From an uncultured bacterium (lineage in GTDB: Bacteria; Fidelibacterota; Marinisomatia; Marinisomatales; AB-629-J13): DNA of 64,000 nt. Below the pieces are notes generated by a model, which was not told the DNA's origin, did not search any database, and saw only the letters and a program-made list of their open reading frames with translations. The translations under genes and the position numbers were made by a program. Shown here in pieces: positions 60,161 to 64,000 of this stretch. The stretch's first letter is position 1. Every line of letters starts with the position of its first letter. The DNA lies in the NCBI GenBank assembly GCA_964489755.1, contig CAZBBE010000001.1, forward strand, positions 356 to 64,355. The letters are read 5' to 3'.

Positions 60161-60406
60161 TTACGGTGGGTCAATACCCCCAGGATGATACGGGTGACAC
60201 CTAGACAACCTTTTTGCTATTTTTAAAAATGCCTTACATGAAGAATATTTTTGTATAGACCGCAAGGCATAATCAGAACACGACGGAGAGAATCTACACT
60301 GTGACCCTAAAAGCGGGGACAGACAAAACTTATATAAATTAATAAACACCCCAAAAAAAAAGAGAACAGACCTATCGCTTATCCTGAGGGCAGCCTTAAA
60401 AAACAC
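60161..60406 (-). CDS. yidD: membrane protein insertion efficiency factor YidD
   Basis: LYKFCLSPLLGSQCRFSPSCSDYALRSI…RLSRCHPYHPGGIDPP, the YidD signature. It starts 6 nt after the rpmH stop. Confidence 0.88.
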   Translation of the reverse strand: MFFKAALRISDRSVLFFFGVFINLYKFCLSPLLGSQCRFSPSCSDYALRSIQKYSSCKAFLKIAKRLSRCHPYHPGGIDPP

Positions 60407-60412
60407 TCTACT

Positions 60413-60547
60413 TTATACAGTTAGGGACTTGCGACCACGCTGGCGGCGGCGGGACAAAACCCTCCTCCCGGCCTTAGTAGACATTCTTTTTCTAAAGCCG
60501 TGAGTTCGCCTTCTCTTTTTATTGTGAGGTTGGTATGTCCTTTTCAT
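60413..60547 (-). CDS. rpmH: 50S ribosomal protein L34
   Basis: Not in the ORF track (44 aa). My translation of the minus strand from ATG 60547: [44 protein letters not shown], stop TAA at 60415..60413. Canonical L34 sequence. Confidence 0.95.
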   Translation of the reverse strand: MKRTYQPHNKKRRRTHGFRKRMSTKAGRRVLSRRRQRGRKSLTV

Positions 60548-60736
60548 GAATTATCTTTCTTATTTAGCCGGGAAAAGTACAGCCTATTGTATAAACACAC
60601 AAATTTTTTTAGTGAAAATTGTAATCTAATTAATAGAGCGTATGGTTTTAAAATTATTTTTTATTATAGATATATTATTATAGGAAAAGATAAATAATTG
60701 TTTTTAATTTTAACATAGAATTTATAAAAACCAAAA

Positions 60737-60756
60737 TGTGGATAACTCGTGGATAA
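60737..60756 (+). promoter_or_regulatory. two tandem DnaA boxes at the dnaA start codon
   Basis: TGTGGATAA (60737..60745) is the perfect complement of TTATCCACA. CGTGGATAA (60748..60756) matches 8 of 9 and contains the GTG start of dnaA (60749). The 200 bp upstream (60548..60736) are AT-rich. Confidence 0.6.
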
Positions 60757-62110
60757 ACAATTAGCGCACAATCATAAGAGGGTTTGGCAAACAGTAAAAA
60801 AGTCTATAAAAACAGAAATACCCAGCCACGCTTTTAATACTTGGATCACCCCAATCAAGCCAGTAGCCCTTAATGTGGACGAGTTGATCCTTGAGGTTCC
60901 CAATCAATTTTTTTATGAATGGCTAAATGCCCACTATAAGGAAACAATAAAGAGAAAAGCCTTTGATGGCAAGGGCGAACCACTAAATGTTAAATACACG
61001 GTTTCAACAGAACCAAAAAAATATATAAACCAAGTTAATGAAGAAAAAGATGAGCCAAGGTTTAAACAGAAACCAACAACGTTTATAAATAAAAACCAAA
61101 GATTTGAAAACTTTATAGAGGGACCAAACAATCAGTTTGCGAGAGCCGCAGCTGTGTCGGTCGCAAAAACCCCGGGAGAGTCACAATATAATCCTTTAAT
61201 TATTTATGGTGGGGTTGGTTTAGGAAAAACGCACCTACTGCATGCAATTGGAAACCGGACAATAGTAAACGGAAAAAGAAAAAAGGTGGTTCTGGAGACA
61301 AGCGAACGCTTTACACAGGAATTTATAAACAGTATCCAAAAAAACACCAATGGCGAATTCACAAAAAAATACAGGAGCACAGACCTATTGCTTATTGATG
61401 ATATACAATTTTTAAAAGGTAAAGAGCAAACTCAAGAGCAATTTTTTCACACATTTAACGAACTACATCAATTAAACAAGCAAATAGTTCTCTCTGCGGA
61501 CACATACCCAGGAGACATGGTGGGACTTCAGGAGCGGCTCGTCTCGCGATTTCAATCGGGACTATCTGTTGATATTCAGCCCCCCGACTTTGAGACGAGA
61601 GTGGCAATTCTTTTGGAAAAGGCTCAACAAAGCGGATTAGAGCTCCAATATGATTTAATTGAATTAATTGCAACCCACATAAAAACTAACATTCGTGTGT
61701 TAGAAAGTATTATTATTCGTCTTTTGGCAAACTCATCACTCCACGGGAAAGAAATAAATCGGAAACTGGTGGAGGAGGTGATAAGGGAAAAATTAGGCAA
61801 AGAAATGATTTTGGAGTTGAGCCTGGAAGATGTGGTCAAAAAAGTATCCGAGACAACAAATGTTCCCCTAAAACTGATTGTAGGACCATCCAGAAGGAGA
61901 GAATTAGTGAAAACCAGACACCTGGCAATGTATCTTTGCAGAGAGTTGACCAATAACACACTGACATCGATCGGATTATTTTTCGGGGGCAGAGACCATA
62001 CAACGGTTATACATGCATGTGGGCAGGTAGAAAAAGTTTATAAAAAGAAAACCGCTGTGACAAAGTTTATAAATCAAATTAGTAGGAATTTATCTGTAGC
62101 AAATTTTTGA
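60749..62110 (+). CDS. dnaA: chromosomal replication initiator protein DnaA
   Basis: Domain I …VWQTVKKSIKTEIPSHAFNTWI; AAA+ motifs NPLIIYGGVGLGKTHLLHAIGN, LLIDDIQFL, SADTYP, RLVSRF; domain IV RHLAMYLCRELT…SIGLFFGGRDHTTVIHA. Confidence 0.96.
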   Translation: MDKQLAHNHKRVWQTVKKSIKTEIPSHAFNTWITPIKPVALNVDELILEVPNQFFYEWLNAHYKETIKRKAFDGKGEPLNVKYTVSTEPKKYINQVNEEKDEPRFKQKPTTFINKNQRFENFIEGPNNQFARAAAVSVAKTPGESQYNPLIIYGGVGLGKTHLLHAIGNRTIVNGKRKKVVLETSERFTQEFINSIQKNTNGEFTKKYRSTDLLLIDDIQFLKGKEQTQEQFFHTFNELHQLNKQIVLSADTYPGDMVGLQERLVSRFQSGLSVDIQPPDFETRVAILLEKAQQSGLELQYDLIELIATHIKTNIRVLESIIIRLLANSSLHGKEINRKLVEEVIREKLGKEMILELSLEDVVKKVSETTNVPLKLIVGPSRRRELVKTRHLAMYLCRELTNNTLTSIGLFFGGRDHTTVIHACGQVEKVYKKKTAVTKFINQISRNLSVANF

Positions 62111-62148
62111 TGTGTTATATTAAAATTGTTTATTAGAAGAGCAGAAAG

Positions 62149-62165
62149 GAAACCGAAGGTTTTTT
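62149..62165. terminator. small hairpin plus T-run between the convergent dnaA and dehydrogenase genes (possible intrinsic terminator)
   Basis: GAAACC-GAA-GGUUUU followed by UUC on the plus strand (6-bp stem including one G.U pair). It lies 39 nt after the dnaA stop. The stem is short and the loop is only 3 nt, so this is weak. Confidence 0.3.
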
Positions 62166-62182
62166 CAACGTAAAATATTTAA

Positions 62183-63385
62183 TTAATCTTCGTCACTACT
62201 GATAATTTTATATACAGACCCTTCATAATCAAGAAAATAAACTTCCCCCAACCCACCTTTACCGAAAGAAGAAACATAAAATTGTTTTTTACCGGTTTCC
62301 TTTCGAAGCTCTTCGGTTCTATCTGTGAACAGAGTTGTTTCCGGGTTTCTATATACAAAGCTCCAAAATTTTCCTGTACAATAGTCTGCGAAAATATAAT
62401 GACCCTTAAATTCCGGAATTAATTCCCCCCTATATACATAACCTCCAGTTATTGAACAACCCTGAACCTCCCACCCTGTCTGGGAAAACCCAGCGAGAGT
62501 TTTCATATAATTTGCATCATTTGGGTATTCAAAAACGGGAAGAACCAGCCCCGCAGTATCACAGCCGTGTTCTGGGAAAAAACAATGGCTCCCTTCCATA
62601 ATGTTCCACCCAAGATTTAACCCCCCATCCATCAGGGAGACCACGTGTATTTCCTCCCAGCTGTTTTGCCCCACATCTCCAATATAAATTTCTCCTGCTT
62701 CGGCGTCAAAAGAAAACCGCCACGGGTTTCGAAGTCCATAAAGCCAAATTTCTCTCTTGGTATTCTTGGTTTTATAGAAAGGATTATTTTTGGGTATTCC
62801 ATAAGGACTTCCGGAATCCACATCAATTCTTAATATGGTTCCTAAAAGCGAGTTTTTGTTTTGTCCGTTTTTTTCAGGGTCACCTGCAGACCCCCCATCC
62901 CCAACCCCAACATATAAATAGCCGTCAGGCCCAAACTCTATCTGTCCACCATTATGGTTGGAATAGGGTTGAACAATGTCAAACAACACAACCTCGCTTT
63001 GTCTTAAACTACTAAGAGGCTTCACACAAAACCTTGAAACAATAGTGTGTTGGTCAACGGATACATAGTTCAAATAAAAGTACCCAGTTTCATAAAAGAG
63101 TGGATGAAAAGCCAGTCCCAAAAGCCCCCGCTCATCCCCAGGAAAAAGCGGATTGTGGACCCTGTCTGTAATATCAAGAAAAGGTTTTTTTAACAAACGC
63201 TCTGATTTTATCAGTCTAACTTTCCCCTTTTGCTCGAGAACATAGAGCTCGTCTTCTGTTCCGGCAGGAGCGGTTAGGTAGACCGGTTTGTCAAGGCCAG
63301 CGGTAATTAGCCTGGAGGCTATAGTAGTATTATTACACAGGGCGAAACAAACCACCCCTCCAAAGAAAATGAAAAACCGAGACAT
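62183..63385 (-). CDS. PQQ-dependent sugar dehydrogenase (soluble glucose/sorbosone dehydrogenase, beta-propeller)
   Basis: Signal peptide. GLLGLAFHP, HNGGQIEFGPDGYLYVGVGDGG, GLRNPWRFSFD, IGDVGQNSWEEI. This is the GSDH family pattern. Confidence 0.85.
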   Translation of the reverse strand: MSRFFIFFGGVVCFALCNNTTIASRLITAGLDKPVYLTAPAGTEDELYVLEQKGKVRLIKSERLLKKPFLDITDRVHNPLFPGDERGLLGLAFHPLFYETGYFYLNYVSVDQHTIVSRFCVKPLSSLRQSEVVLFDIVQPYSNHNGGQIEFGPDGYLYVGVGDGGSAGDPEKNGQNKNSLLGTILRIDVDSGSPYGIPKNNPFYKTKNTKREIWLYGLRNPWRFSFDAEAGEIYIGDVGQNSWEEIHVVSLMDGGLNLGWNIMEGSHCFFPEHGCDTAGLVLPVFEYPNDANYMKTLAGFSQTGWEVQGCSITGGYVYRGELIPEFKGHYIFADYCTGKFWSFVYRNPETTLFTDRTEELRKETGKKQFYVSSFGKGGLGEVYFLDYEGSVYKIISSDED

Positions 63386-63747
63386 TTTTATTTAATTTTT
63401 ATGGGAATGGTTTCTTTAAACTCAACAACCATCTCTGCGCGGGACACACTGATTGATATAAGTTTAGGAGAGAAACAGTAAAGCATTGGCACCCCCATAA
63501 AACACTAGTATGTAAATCATTTGTGTTGCTCAAAATTATAGAGAAAACATATTAACTATATAAAAAGCATAAAACCTCTTTTATTGCATCCTGAAAATTA
63601 CGATATGGGTAAACAAACGTTCTCAAATATTTATTGAATGAAAGGTCTAATTTTATATAGTTATTTAAAAAATGAGTTCTGGTATGTTTTGTAGTTTCAG
63701 AGATAGATTTAGTGTTTAACAGGGATGGGGTAAACGGTGAAAAATTT

Positions 63748-64000
63748 ATGAAAATCAAAAATTTATTCCTGATTATGGGCACAGCACTTGCCATAACTTT
63801 ATTATTTCCCTTTTACCAGTCTCTATATAGTCAGGGCAAAAACACATACGAAGTAGTAATAGAAAAGCTGCCAGTATTAAGACAAATTATAACTTATATC
63901 GATGAATATCATTTCGAAAAAATAAATGTGGCAAAACTGATGGACGGCGCCTTTGATGGCATCATGAAAAAACTGGACCCACACTCAGTTTATATTCCCC
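63748..64000 (+). CDS. carboxy-terminal processing peptidase, S41 family (partial; the 3' end lies right of the window)
   Basis: Not in the ORF track (no stop). ATG 63748: MKIKNLFLIMGTALAITLLFPFYQSLYSQG…LRQIITYIDEYHFEKINVAKLMDGAFDGIMKKLDPHSVYIP. The last segment matches the conserved S41 N-terminal helix (…ai.gml..LDPHS.Yl). Confidence 0.65.
   Translation, partial: MKIKNLFLIMGTALAITLLFPFYQSLYSQGKNTYEVVIEKLPVLRQIITYIDEYHFEKINVAKLMDGAFDGIMKKLDPHSVYIP

Noticed and set aside
63552-63794. The 80-aa minus-strand ORF in the AT-rich gap upstream of the S41 peptidase gene
   Set aside because: It has low-complexity, Lys/Asn/Phe-rich AT-driven composition and overlaps the start of the well-supported plus-strand peptidase gene. 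It has no start context.

Overview
This is a 64-kb, almost gap-free chromosomal segment from an AT-rich diderm bacterium. I cannot assign taxonomy by eye; an uncultured marine lineage is only a guess. The window covers the replication-origin neighbourhood. rpmH-yidD-yidC-mnmE-mnmG-mfd-PPIase-surA lie on the minus strand and diverge from dnaA (60749..62110, +). dnaN-DUF721-gyrB-gyrA lie 11 kb away from dnaA, also on the minus strand. Other blocks are: (1) 1..11.1 kb, a long minus-strand array (FtsX-type ABC exporter, two predicted beta-barrel proteins, an EEP lipoprotein, a TIGR02206 membrane protein, DUF1028, a GH20 hexosaminidase, an aldo/keto reductase, an ArsC-like reductase); (2) 11.4..13.4 kb, a head-to-head pair of an iodotyrosine-deiodinase-like flavoprotein and a PAF-acetylhydrolase-like lipase; (3) 13.8..27.4 kb, a contiguous plus-strand purine operon purA-purL-purM-purQ-purC-purE-purB-purF-purD-purN-purH; (4) 27.4..34.6 kb, GDPD, penicillin/AHL-acylase family, mutM, a DHFR-like gene and a Zn-metalloprotease; (5) 34.6..39.9 kb, aceE-aceF-lpdA; (6) MATE, psuG, a PNP-like remnant and yggS. 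I support about 50 CDS. I found no rRNA, tRNA, CRISPR, transposase/integrase or phage genes. The observations most worth a second look are these. (a) An ArsC-family gene has an in-frame UGA exactly at the catalytic-Cys codon, followed by a SECIS-like hairpin, so it is a probable selenoprotein that the ORF track truncates. (b) PurQ is fused to two tandem PurS-like domains, and there is no free purS. (c) PurE has class II (PAICS-like) loop signatures and there is no purK. (d) dnaA and dnaN are uncoupled, and a four-box DnaA-box cluster plus an AT-rich tract lies upstream of dnaN. (e) rnpA is missing from the 6-nt gap between rpmH and yidD. I did not recognise a multi-gene defence or otherwise novel system; the window is mostly housekeeping.
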